From Lepidodermella squamata (lineage: Eukaryota; Animalia; Gastrotricha), in contig JBLDXI010000074.1 of the NCBI GenBank assembly GCA_047495785.1, positions 1,488,001 to 1,552,000 of the forward strand: 64,000 bases of DNA. Direction: 5' to 3'. Below the pieces are notes generated by a model. That model saw nothing but the letters and a program-made list of their open reading frames with translations, did no database searches and was not told the DNA's origin. The position numbers were made by a program, and so were the translations under genes. Below are positions 37,720 to 50,600 of this stretch, one piece after another; position 1 is the first letter of the stretch; the number at the start of each line of letters is the position of its first letter.

Positions 37720-39693
37720 GAACTTGGCAGCGTGTTTTCATCAGCACCAACTTCCATTTATCAGAGAAGTCTCATCATTTGTTATGGATTGTTACAGACT
37801 AATACTAGTTGATAGAAACAAAAATTACATTTGCATCACCTTCCGTTGGCATGCTGCCAACTTTTGCTGCTAAGTTCAGCTTTTGCCATGTAAAATGGGT
37901 GCATCGATTTGGGACCCCATTTGTTATGTCTGACAGCAGCACATAACAAACGTGAGAATTTGTTATATATCGTAACAAATGACGCTGATTGCGATGGTGC
38001 TTTTTATTTTACCATCAGCATCACCTGGACAGGTGTGGATGGAAAAAACCAGGTAAGGGGGCTTACCTGAGCAGGTAGGGTGCGACCCATGACCTCGAAA
38101 TAATTTATTTCGGATTCTCCGTCGTAAATTACTGGTATTCCCCAAGTTGTTTGGATTTCTGATATACATAACTCACGAAATGAGAAATCTAATGATATTA
38201 CACATAATACGAATATTTCGGTAGTTTTTCGGTAGTACTACCGAAAAAGTACCGAAAAAGTACCGCAGAACTACCGCAAAATTTTTTTTCAAGAATCTGA
38301 ACTAATATACGGTAATTTATCAATATCTTCACCTGGAATTACATAATTTTTAATATTAACCCCATTTACGCTAAAATATCATGATAAACGCTCAATATCA
38401 AAGCGATTTAAATATTCATAAATGAAGGGCTATATAGCCTGGTCTTCATTCATTGCGCATGCGTATTTGACGATTATCAGTAATATAACCAGCGTAAAAT
38501 AATTATGAATGAAGTCGCATGGCGGTTCGGCCGTCCTTTGCCAAAATACGTAACAGAATCAAGTAGTAATACACCATAGCATTATAGTTTTATTGCTGTT
38601 TCATCAACAACAAAGCTCTAATTGTCCTGGAACATACGTTCATAGTGGTAAATTCGAGGCAAACTTTTGCATGTTCCGCGATTTGCAGGGAAATGAGCCG
38701 GCCATATCTTGTAGAGAATCGAACGGGCTATCAGCCGATATGATCATTTCCCGCCGGCGATGGTCCGCTCGCGCTGCAGACGCGCGCAAAGATTGCCGAA
38801 ATGTCGCGTATTAGAATTTTTATCGCGTTTTTCGAGGCAAACTTTTGCATGTTCCGCGAGTTGCAGGGAAATGAGCCGGCCATATCTTGTAGTGAATCGA
38901 ACGGGCTATCTTCTAGAATGAAAACTCCACATTTTTTACGTATAGCGCTGTCAGTTAAAAAAAAATATCGTAAGCTAATTCAATTCAGACCCATTTTAAA
39001 TTTGAATAGCCGGCTACGTATCACGTGGTCAATTAACCGCCAAGCCGTCAATTATATTCGTTACACAATAGAGATGTTGATTTCTATGCTGCATCATTTT
39101 TTACCCTGGTGCACTCATTAAAATGTGAAGTTAATGTAAAAGAATCCAAGCTTCCGCTGCCAAGTAAGTAATTTTCATTGCAAACTGCCATAATCGACAT
39201 TGAAATTGCAACTTTAGTTAAACTCGCTTTTATTTCTCGAGTTATATCAATCGAAAGTTCGCAATGCTTTGTGAAACATGGTAATTTACGACGGAGAATC
39301 CGAAATAAATTATTTCGAGGTCATGGGTCGCACCCTACCTGCTCAGGTAAGCCCCCTTACCTGGTTTTTTCCATCCACACCTGTCCAGGTGATGCTGATG
39401 GTAAAATAAAAAGCACCATCGCAATCAGCGTCATTTGTTACGATATATAACAAGTTCTCACGTTTGTTATGTGCTGCTGTCAGACATAACAAATGGGGTC
39501 CCAAATCGATGCACCCATTTTACATGGCAAAAGCTGAACTTAGCAGCAAAAGTTGGCAGCATGCCAACGGAAGGTGATGCAAATGTAATTTTTGCTTCTA
39601 TCAACTAGTATTGGTCTGTAACAATCCATAACAAATGATGAGACTTCCCGGATAAATGGAAGTTGGTGCTGATGAAAACCCGCTGCTAGGTTC
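37720..39693. mobile_element. Foldback-type element: 413-bp inverted arms around a 1.15-kb non-coding spacer
   Basis: 37720-38132 is the near-identical reverse complement of 39281-39693, which also explains the identical peptide in ORFs 37963-38169(-) and 39178-39450(+). The spacer holds two 80-bp direct repeats and TACCG subrepeats. Confidence 0.85.
38653..38910 (+). repeat. Two 80-bp direct repeats (38653-38732, 38831-38910) inside the foldback spacer
   Basis: TTCGAGGCAAACTTTTGCATGTTCCGCG...GAACGGGCTATC occurs twice with two mismatches. Confidence 0.9.
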
Positions 39694-41677
39694 CGTTAGG
39701 TTTAATCCTTCCAGACCTGAGACCTCGACACGAGGAGCTTAATCATTGTTAATCTGGGTTTGAAAAACAGCTCAGCTATTCTTGGGGATCTGAATTCAAT
39801 ATCTGAGTAGCTACAAGGAAGGAAAAGAAAAGAAAGAAAAACTAATTCTTTTTGATAGCGTAAACCACAAAACAAAGGTGATCTTCAGCTGTGCCTACGA
39901 TCAATCAATCTAGGAGCGCAGAGGTCACATTACATGCGTTGCTAGTAAACTAGACTAGCAGCTGATGTGCATTTATGAGTTATTTGGCTTGCTGTATCGT
40001 GTTTCAACTATCAATGCATGAGAGCTACTCATCGTCAGGGAATGCGGCATTAAATGAACTGGGAGGACGTCCTGAAGTTGCTGAAGAACATGCTATGCGT
40101 AACACCACTCAACATTTTTGCTCATTGAGGTACTCGATTTATCTCAATACTCCAAACTCCAAAGCTTCTTACTGCGGTATTTTCATATTTCCACCTGCTT
40201 ATGACCGGAAAACCTTGTGTGAAAATGAGCCCGAGAAACCAACAAAGGGCAAGAAGGATAAAGAGAAGGAAAAGGAGATCGTTGTTGTGGACGAACTCGA
40301 AATCGTTGGCTTTCAACTCGCGTTCAACTCTTTAAAAAATTGGATATTAAAGAAATCTTCGTTTATTTCAATTAACAATCGCATAGCCTCATATCTGCAC
40401 AATAATCGTTCAAAATATCAGACTACACGCAAGGCATCACGAGATGCCCAATATATACTTCATTGTATACACTATAATTTACGAAATAATTATGATAAAT
40501 ATTTGTTTTTATACAATAAATACATTAGAATTATTCGCAACAAATATTCGGTAGTGAGAGATAGAGAGTTAGAGCGAGAGAGATTTTGCATTCTGGACAA
40601 GAGACATCATTTTTTTCAGTCAATAAATTGCTCATCGACATGGCTTATACTGGGAAGACGTTGTGGAAAATCGGACGATGCGGAAGAGCGTTTTTAATGA
40701 AGACATTCACGTACATTCATATAAGTATTTGTGAAGCAATAGCGCCATTTTGGACCAAAGACGTGTGTGGCGGCGGCAGGTTTGTACGTATCAAGAGAAA
40801 GAAAACCTCCTCCACGTAGTATGATTCTGTTTTTGTGTAACCAACCATCAATCAGCAGTTTTATGCAGCAATAGCAACAACAACACGTAAAGATTGTCGG
40901 CATTACGATGCCACGATGTGATGAGAAACAACATAGAGAGAGAGAGAGAACATATGAACAGAGAGGCAGCGAGAAACAACAAACTGAAAACGTAAGATTT
41001 CCGGAGCGTTGCACCCGGCAGCGGCACATTTTGATGTCATCAATAAGTTTTTATGTACAGATTTCGAATCAATAAAATGGCGTTGTTAGTAGTAAAATTG
41101 TACATCATCATCGTAACAAAAAATAAGACGTCAAACAGAAAGAGATTAGGAACTTTCAAGCAGCATTACAGCCATCGCAAAATAAAGATTGATATTTTCT
41201 GTCATTTTCCATAATAACAATAATTTTTTAATAATAATAGTTGAAAAATTCATAGAAGAAGGAGCTTGGATGGTTTGCGACATTAGTTATTTTGTTTTTT
41301 TACAGCACCATGAATTTTGATATTGTAACGTTGGATTTTTTGCGTTTTTTCCTCTTCCTCTTCTTAGTTGCAGTCGCTTCTTCGATCGAGTCATGCAAAA
41401 TAGGTAGTAAAAGTAATGATAATAATTATAGCACATAACTAACATCGGGAAAACAAGTCATTCATTTCGTTCGTTCGTGTCTTGTCAATTGTATTTAGTT
41501 ATAATGATGTAATTCAGTATAGAGAGAGCGTTCAGGAAGTATAAAAACGAGGACGAGTGATTTGAGATTAAAACGTAGAGCGCAGAGAGATTCATCAAAG
41601 TCGTCGCCATCAGCAGTACTTATAGTGTGTCTTTGTTATATAAGGTAGGTAGATACTATATAGCAGTTAGTAGTAGT

Positions 41678-44600
41678 TTAGACTCGTTGATCACTGGTTC
41701 GAGTTGCGGCGGCCGCACTGTTATTGTTGCTGTTTGGCTTGCGTTGCCGGTGCTTGACCATCTGCAGCAGGATGAGTTTGCGGGTGCCGAACTTGTCGCC
41801 GAGCGCGGCGACGGTGCGCCCGTCCGGCGAGATCTTGATCGAGAACACGTCCGTGTGCGTGTTGAACCAGCACAGCTGCTTGCCGGTCGAGCGCCGCCAC
41901 AGCCGGATCGTGTGGTCGGACGAGCCGGAGGCGACGAGGTCGAGCGAGTCGTTGCTCGCCAGCGCCGTGCACCACACCTCGTCGGTGTGGCCCGTCAGCG
42001 TGTGCTCGCACGTCTCCGTCGCCAGGTCCCACACTTTGAGGGTGCAGTCGCTGGAGGCGGACACGAGGTAGCGCAGGTCGTTGTGCGAGATCGCCAGCGA
42101 GTTGACGGCGCTGAGGTGCGCGAACGACGCGCCGCCCACGCCGCCGCCCGCCTCGGGCGACGCCGCCGTCTGGTAGAGCTGGCGCAGCGCGCGCGCCAAC
42201 TGCACGTCCCAGATGATGATCTCGCCCTTGCGCGTGCCCGTCGCCGCCTCCACGTTCGAGATGATGACCGTGCACTCGGGGTACGCGTCGAACTCGAGCG
42301 AGTTCGCCTCGATGAACGTGCGCGACAGGTCGAACGACAGGTAGTGCGCGTTGCCGGTGAAGGGCGACAGGAAGCCGAGCACGGCGTAGCGGTTGTCGGG
42401 CGTGACGAGCGCGCTCACCAGCGAGTCCGCGTCGCCCACCGTCCAGCTCGTGCGCATCTCCTTCACCTGCTGGTTGCGCTGCACGTCCCACACGACGGCG
42501 GCCGTGCCTTCGCTCGAGGTCCGCGCCAGCAGTAGCTGGTCGCCGGCGCCGGAGCCGTCGCCGCCGCGCAGCAGCGCCGAGGCCGTGTAGTAGACGGGCG
42601 GCTGCGTGTGCAGCTGCCGGCCCGACGCGAAGTCCCACAGTTCGAACTTGCGGTAGGCGGGCGGGACGTCGGCGGGCAGGCTCGCGCCCTGGGCCATGTG
42701 CCCGGCGAGCATGGTCTCGTCGCAGCACAGGTGCAGGTCGCCGGAGCCGGTGTCGAGGCCGGCGACCGTGCGCAGCAGCTCGCCGCTCTGCATGTCCCAG
42801 ACCTGGGGCGGGCCCGTCGACGACCCGGTCACCACGTACCGGCCGTCCGACGTGAACAGGAAGCAGTCGACGCGCACCTCATCACTAAGGTACTGCGGCA
42901 TGCCGGAGAACTGCGATGCAATCGTTCCATAACCCTATTCAAAAGTATTCAACAGTAAGCCAAAAGGTTTATTTTTTGTTAGGTGATGGCAACTTACAGC
43001 TGCTGGCGGTAGGAACTGTTCGGTTTCGCGGACGAGTTCCCGCTTGTGGCTGGTCGACGTGAAGGCCGAGTAGGCGCCGAACGCCTGCGGCTGCGGCTGC
43101 ACCAGCGGCGCCGTTTGAACTTCTGTATCAGCTCGTAGTAGCACTTCGGTTTCAACAACTCCTGAAATGATCAAATCAGTTAATTAATCAAGAACCAGCA
43201 GAGTTTGATTGAGTAATAACTAAGTATTACTCAACAACTAATATCTAATTATGCATTGGCAACTACTGACTACGGGTTAGCATGCAGTAGACTAAAATAG
43301 TATAGTAGGGGTGAGTTCTAGTCTGCTAAGGGTAGTTACACAGTAGTTTACAATGACGTACTAGGCGGCGGCGGAGACGGAATTTGCGGCGGCGGGCAAA
43401 CAGGCGGCAAGAGAACTTGCTGCTCGAGTGTCGCTGCACATACGTCGTAGCAGTAGCAGTAGGTAGGTAGGTAGGTAGGGATGGCGAAATTATAAAAGCA
43501 GGCCACAAGGTTAACAGCGAACGGACAGGCGGAAAGCACAACGGGAATGGAGAAATAAAATAAAAAAATACGTTATATTAAAAGAAGGTTATATAGATAG
43601 GTCTATTACAATTATGATACAAGCGAAAGCCAGCAAAAATTGCTCAGAAATGTCGATTTTTCATCTAAAGGAAGTCTACTAGAAATCGACACCTCTCTGA
43701 GCGCATTTTTTGCTTTCCAAAAGCGAAAGCGGGTTGAAATGGACTACATATTATGATAGTAGAAAAAAGAACGAACCTCTAGCGAAAGCGGCCTGGACAA
43801 GTTGGTAGTTGGCGATGGGCTTGGGCGCCGTCACAGTGAGCACCTTGGCCGAGGATGGGCTCGAGAAGCACGGGCACCATCCGGGCTTGCAGCGGTAGAA
43901 CGCCCACAGCAAGGCCGAGAGGAGTAGCAGAAGCGCGAGGATGCAGCCAGCCGCGACTAGGCCGGCAATGGCGGCCGGCGTCAGCAAGGGTGACGTAGCA
44001 GCGATGGGCGCAATGATGGGCGCACCCAGTTCGATGCCGGCGCCACCGCCAGCCGCCGACTGCGCCAACAACAACGCGACGTTGTTCTCGATGAGGATGG
44101 TATCGTCGTCGGTGGTGAGCGCAGCCGGGATCCAGAACGGTGTCGACGCGACCTTGACATTGCCGTGTGCAGTGCCAGCGAGGCCGGCGCTCTCGAACGG
44201 CCGTGCGCCGTTGATGTATAAGCCGGCGATGATGCCGGTGAACGGCGCCGTCCAGTAGTCGTCCGGCCACGAGATCGACGCGTCGACGCCGGCCGGCGGG
44301 CGAGCGCCGATGACGACGTAGAGCGGCGGGTTGCGCCAGGCAGCGGCGAGGGCGGCGGCGGCCTCGCTCGACAGCAGCACGCTCGCGATCGGGTACAGGC
44401 CGTCGGCGCTCAGGTTCAGGTGCTTGCCGTCGCGCACCAGCGTCACGCCGTGGTACTGGCCGTCGGCGAACGACGGCAGGTCTTTCGGCGATCCGGCGAG
44501 CGTGTACTCGCGGCTGCCGATCGAAACAACAGCTACGGGTCGTTTGTCCTTCATGCGCAGTTCGACGACGACGGGCGTGGGGTCGCCGGGGCGGTAACCC

Positions 44601-47600
44601 GTGATGCGGGCGATGACGCCGTTCGGGTGGTACGTCATGAAGCCGACGGCGAGGCGGTCGACGCCGCTGCCGGACAACGGCGCGTCCGGCGTCTGCAGCT
44701 GGAAGGCGAGCATGCCGCCGACGGGGAACGTCGTGAAGTTGTAGCCGATCGCCGGTTCCTGGTCGCAGTTCGCTCCGACACGGCCGGTTGGCGAGCAGTC
44801 GCACGTGAAGGTGAGGCCGAGCGGCTTGCAGATGCCGCCGTTCTTGCACGAGTCCGGGCGACAGGCGACGCCAGAGGCGCATCCCGAGGCGAGGCCACGA
44901 GTCGATGCCAGCGATGAGCCGAGAGTCGACACCAACTGCTGCAAGTTGACGATGCGGCCGTTGGCGAACAACGAGGCGAAGCAGCCAGAGATGCCTGGCG
45001 GCAGGCGGACGTCCGATCCGGCGGTGAAGCGTTGCGCGACCTCGGCCGGCACGCCGCCCAGGTAAACGGTAGTCTGGAAGTTGACAACGCCAGACAGCGC
45101 GCGGACAGGGTACGCCAGCGAGGCGATTTCGTTGTCGTCGACGGAGGCGCTCACTTGCAGGGATGACCCGCCTGAGGCCGCTCCGAACACCAGGGTGACC
45201 GAGTGCCACTTGTCGTCCGCTAGCGATGCGACGTCCTCGGCGAGAGGCAGCGCACGAGACTGCGCGCCCACGCCCAGGTGCAGCCGGCCGTTGATGAGTT
45301 CGACGCGGGGCAGGGCCGTGGCCATGTTCGGCAGGTCGAAGGCGGCGACGAGGCCGTTCTGTTCGCGGGTGCGGAACGAAAAGGCGTACACCGAGCCGTC
45401 GCGCAGCCGGTCTTGCACGTCGACGAACGAGGTTGGCGTGAGCAGGGTGACTGGGAACAGCACGAAGTCCGTCGGGGGCCGCGGCTCGCCGACGTGGTCG
45501 ATGGAGCCGACTGGCGGTTTCACTGGTTCCTTACCGGTTCCGATGTCGAAGATGGTCCAGAATGGCGGGCGACCGGCGCCGTGCGGTTGGATGACAAAGC
45601 CCTGCAGCTGGCCGACGAAGCCGCCGTCCGGGCTGGCGGGGTCGCGGGGCGCCGCGATGATGACGCGCTCGATGTCGATGTAGAAGCCGTCCTCGCCGGC
45701 GATGGGGTCCGGGCGGATCTCGATGCCGTCGACGACGACGACGGTGTCCTTGCCGCGGCGGGTGATGCGCACGTCGTGCCACCGGTTGTCGGCGATGCGC
45801 GGCGCCGAGACGACGCGCGACGTGCGGAACCCGTCGGCGCCGAACACCACCTTCAGCAGGCCGTTCTCGAGCGAGGCGACGATGTAGTCGTCGGGGCTCG
45901 CCGTCGACTCGGTGTGGAAGAGCGGGCCGGTGGCGGAGGGCGTCTTCACGCGGAACGCGATGTCGTTGCGGTGCGTCGACTGCGACGGGCGGAGGACGAG
46001 CGTGGCGCTCGTCGTGCCGTTGAACGTGTAGATGGGCGCCGGGTCAGCGCACGAGGCGCCGGAGAAGGCGGTGGCGGAGCAGTCGCACACGTAGCGCCGC
46101 GCCGCCTCCGCCTGCGTCCACGAGTCGAAGCAGCGGCCGGCGCCGCAGATGCGCGCCGAGCACGCCGATTTCGGGTCGCGGCACCCCTCGGCCACGTTCG
46201 GCTCCGACTTGATGAGGGTGCGGAAGTCGAGTAGTTGCGAGTCGATCGTCAGCGACAGCACGCAGCCGACGAAGCCGCGGGCGGGCGCGCGGTGCGTGTA
46301 CAGCAGCCAGGGCAGGGCGTCGAAGTCAGCGGTGCCGCCGACGACGACGCGCCAGTCGCCGGACTGGCGCAGGAACGGCGCCTGTACGGACACGACCATC
46401 TCCTTCGAGTTGTCGCACGACGCCGAGACCCGCGAGTGCTGCAGCGACACTGTCGCCGCATGACGCTGGCCATCAGTCACATTCGAGCACAGCAGCAATC
46501 TGGAAATGACAACAACAATGGAATTAAAATATCGGCAAATAATCGAGAGGTGAAAGGGGTGATGAGAGCACAGTGAATGGATGGGGTGACTATTATTTTC
46601 AGGTCTTTCATTTCTTTCTCGGTGCTCGAAGTCTCGCAGTGCGCTAATTTTTATGAACGCGCTTGATCAAGTGCATTATCAAGTATTTGTCGCACCCCAT
46701 CGAGACTTTTAGCACATTTTCACGAAAAAATGTACAGGTGGTGAAGAATAGAAGGATGAAGGAGGAGTGATGGATGAAAAACGGTGATGATGAAAGGTGA
46801 AAGGTGGGGTTTTGTGTTTTTTGCAGGTACAGTGCCTATAATTATCAGGTCGACTAATTACCTTCGTCCGACTTCGCTACTGTAAGCGTTAAGCAAAACA
46901 ACATGAAGATAAACATAAAACAAACAACAGCGTCAGTTGAACACGCAAAAAACTAAAGGATTGCTACCGCACTCTACAGTGTAAAGCATCTCGAGGCTGC
47001 CTTTTGCGCTTACCTTTTAGCGCCGATGCCTGACCATACGAAATACAGGTGGCCGTCGAAGATTTCCAGCACGATGAAGTGGCGTTGTTGAGGCGCCTCG
47101 ACGAGCGACGTCACCGCCCGCCCGTTGCCGTTGCCGTTCGTCTTGTTGTTCGGCTCGGCGAACAGCAGCAGCGACTCGCGTTCCAGCGTCGAAAACGTCA
47201 CCGTGATGCTGTTGGCGCCGGCCGCCTGCGTGCCCAGCGGCCAATCAGCGTCGACTGTAATGCCCGAAGTCGGGCGAACAAACGTGACCGCGGGCACGGC
47301 TGGGTACGCCGGCGTCGTCACCGGGTTGTAGGCGATGACCTTGACCCACGGGTCGCGCGGCTCCTTGTAGTACAGGTCGAGGAGGTCGAGCGGCGCCGGC
47401 TGCGCGTCGCCGCGGATCACCGCCTCGTTGATGAAGCCGCGGAACTGTTCGCGGATGGACGCGTCCTGGCGCCATTCGGTCTCAGGCGCGCCGCCCAAGT
47501 GGTAAATCAAATCGTCGATCAGGTGATACGCGCTTGGCAGGTCCACTTCCTTAACCGGCTCGCCGTCGAGGAAAATGGACAGGCGGGACGTGTCGGCCTG

Positions 47601-50600
47601 GCGCGAGACGCTCAGCTGCAAGTGGTGCACGGCGTTGTCGTTGATAGGGCGCGGCGAGGCGTAGCGGAAGGCGGGCGCACGGCGGTCCGGGCCGCCGGCG
47701 ACCACCAGCTTGCCGGCCTCGAGACCGATCGACAGCGACTGGCGGCGTTGCGGGTCGGCCGTGCTCGGGTTCGAGTGTGTCAGCAGCCAGCCGTCGGACG
47801 CGCCCGTCTGGAACTTGAGGTCGAACTCGTCGCGGGTGTTGACACGCTTGTAGCTGGTCGGCGCCTGGCGCAGGTCGTATTCGACGAACCACCGGCCATC
47901 GGGCTGCAGTGGCGTGCGTGGCGGTTCGGTGGGCAGGCCGGTGTCGGGCTTGTCGATGGCGCGGATCAGCTCGTAGCGGGCCTTCCACAGCTCGAGCGTG
48001 GCGATGTCCATGTCGGCGTGTTTCGCCCACGAGCCGCGCGACTGCTCCGGCCGCCCCACGTAGAACGAGTAGGCGTTGGTGGTGGCGACGGCGGTGTCGG
48101 CGCGCGTCTTGGCCGCGAACTGCCGCTCGACTTTACGGCCGTTGATGTAGAGCGTGAGGCCGGTTTCGTTGTACCAGGAGACGTCGATCCAGTTCCACGA
48201 GTTGAGGCGCAGGCCGGGGCCCTCGACCGTCCACTCGTCGTGCTGCGAGCGCATCTTGGCAACGACCTTGCCGCCGCGGTAGAACACCTCGGCGGTGTCG
48301 GACGACAGCAGGTACATGCCGTCGTAGAGGCGCGTCGGCCGCACCAGCATGCGGATCGTGAAGCCGTTGACGCAGCCGTCCAGGTGCTGGCACGTGATGT
48401 TGTCGCCGATGCGCACGCCCTGCAGCGTGCCGTCCAGGTGCAGCGCCGTCTGACCGTCGGGGCGCGCCACGATGCGTGGGCCACCCTGCGTGTACACGAA
48501 GATGCGGTCGTGCTTGACGAGGTCGTTGTGCACCTCCTGGAACGGGAACACCTCCTTCTCGACGGCGCCGCGGTAGATCAGGTCGAACGTGAGGAGGGTC
48601 TCGCGGGGCGCGTGCCAGAACTGAACTTCGTCGAGGTAGGCGTGGGCGTACGGTTTGCCGGACGATTCGACGACATCGCGGCCGAGGAACACGCCGCCGG
48701 GTGTTGACGACGAGGTGGGCGCGAACCCGGCAATGCCAGTCGCCGCTTGCTTGTTCGGCTCGGCGACAAAGTCCTTCTCGGTGTTGTTGATGTGCAGGGA
48801 GAGGCCGCGGAGCGGGTGCCACGAGAAGTCGACGAGGTTCCACTGGTTGATGGAGAGGTCGTGCGTGGACACGGTCCAGATCTCGTCGCCGGCGGGCAGC
48901 GGGCGGCGCAGGCGGCCGACGAGTTTGCCGGCCTCGTACGTGAGCGCGTAGTCCTTGGTGGCGAGGAACGTGGAGCCGTTGCGCAGCTCGACCGGCTTCA
49001 CGTACAGCGTGACCATGAGGCCGTAGCGGCAGTGCGCGACGGAGACGGCGCAGCGCGACGACTTGATCGGGATCTGCGCGTACGAGTCGGCGCCGTCCAG
49101 GTACAGCGCCTGCTGGATGTAGCCCTGCCGCAGCTCGGCTGTTCGGTAGATGTACGTGTCGTACTTCGGGTGCTCGATCGACGTCCGGCTCGAGTCTTTG
49201 TAGTACTCCATCGGGAACGACAGCCACTCGAATTCATCTAAAAGAAGGGGAGAAACAAATAAAAAGAAATTAAAAGATGTACGGGCAATAAGAGGTCATC
49301 TGCTGCAATACAAATGATATCATATAGGTCAATTATACACCACGGCCGTCAATAAGAAAATATAGGTCATCATGCCGTCGTTTGGGATGAGAATCATAAT
49401 CTAATGTAATACAGGGTGGTTCACCATTCATTATACGTGACTACTCCTGGTATTTTACATAGACTGTACCTATTAAACTTGCTAGCTGATTGCAAGCGCT
49501 GCATTCTTCTTCTTCTAATTACACATACAAATATAGTAATAATCAGTTATTATTAATTCTATAATAAAAGATGAGTGATAAAATAAAATAAAAGACTTGA
49601 TGAGAAAATGGACAGTTGTGCTCCACAAAGTGCCGAGATAAACACTAGTTTAATTCTGAACCTAAAGCCTAATATAAATTGGTACTCGAGTTTTAACGAT
49701 CGAAACCGGAAACAGCCAAAAGCATTTCTAACCCAGCAGGTTTGATACCCTCATGATCATTTTGATGGAATGCGAAAACATTCATGGCAAGCGATTCCGA
49801 ATTAACGGAATATTTTTTTTCCCAACAGCCGCGTTCACTACGACCAGGCAAGGCCAGCCAACTCTGCGTTTAATAATTAATAATTAGTTGATTATTATTA
49901 TATTATTTGTACTCTGAGTAAATCTAATAGCCTAATAACCTAATAATGAATGTATAAAAATGACAGATAAAGAAGTGGTGACACGAATCGCAAGGTGCCA
50001 CAAATGAGAGGCCTCACGTGCGAGTCACAATCAAATTAAAATAACAGGAGATAAATCAATTATTTGTAATGATAATGATTATAGTAATACCAGCAAGCGG
50101 CAACTACTGATATGGCGGGCTTAAACAAACCTTTCATCTTTTGAGCGTCTAAAATTGTTGACGAAACAAATTGTAACGGAAACAAAAAAATTACAACACA
50201 CATCGCATAGTAGGTAAGAGAGGTGATTAGACAAAAATCGAGCCAGGTAAAACATTTTTTCTACGAAACTGAAATTTCGAAAAATTAGCTGAATGATTTT
50301 ACCTCTGATGATGTACTCGTGGGCGAGCAGGTAGTCACGTGTTGCGAACCAGAATTCCATCTCGTCGAAATTGGCCTTGGCGTAGTCGAAATTAACACCA
50401 GGCGAATCACCGACGTTTTGCTGGCCAATCAAAAATTTCGCATCAGCTAAACACAAAAACAAACATGAATGAATAATATGGACAAGATCATCGAATGAAT
50501 GATCTTACATCTAGCGCCTGGGCTGTTCGACTCGCGGCGGTCGGCGTGGGCGATGAGGCGCCGGTTCAGGAACACGTCGAGGCCCTTCTCCGGGTGCCAC

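Noticed and set aside
38653-38910. Repeat-spacer-repeat resembling a CRISPR array
   Set aside because: Only two 80-bp units, eukaryotic context, no cas genes.
37963-39450. Two ORFs with an identical C-terminal peptide, suggesting duplicated small genes
   Set aside because: By-product of the inverted repeat arms; no coding signature.
39660-39720. CTGATGA at the arm end as a hammerhead ribozyme (Penelope-like element)
   Set aside because: No properly placed stem II plus GAAA core could be built.
41678-42901. Stand-alone WD40 gene starting at ATG 42901
   Set aside because: A phase-0 acceptor lies 9 nt upstream and a matching donor 87 nt further; better explained as the terminal exon of the neurexin-like gene.
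49409-49430. TA-CAGGGTG Tc1/mariner-like terminus in an intron of the neurexin-like gene
   Set aside because: No matching inverted end found nearby.
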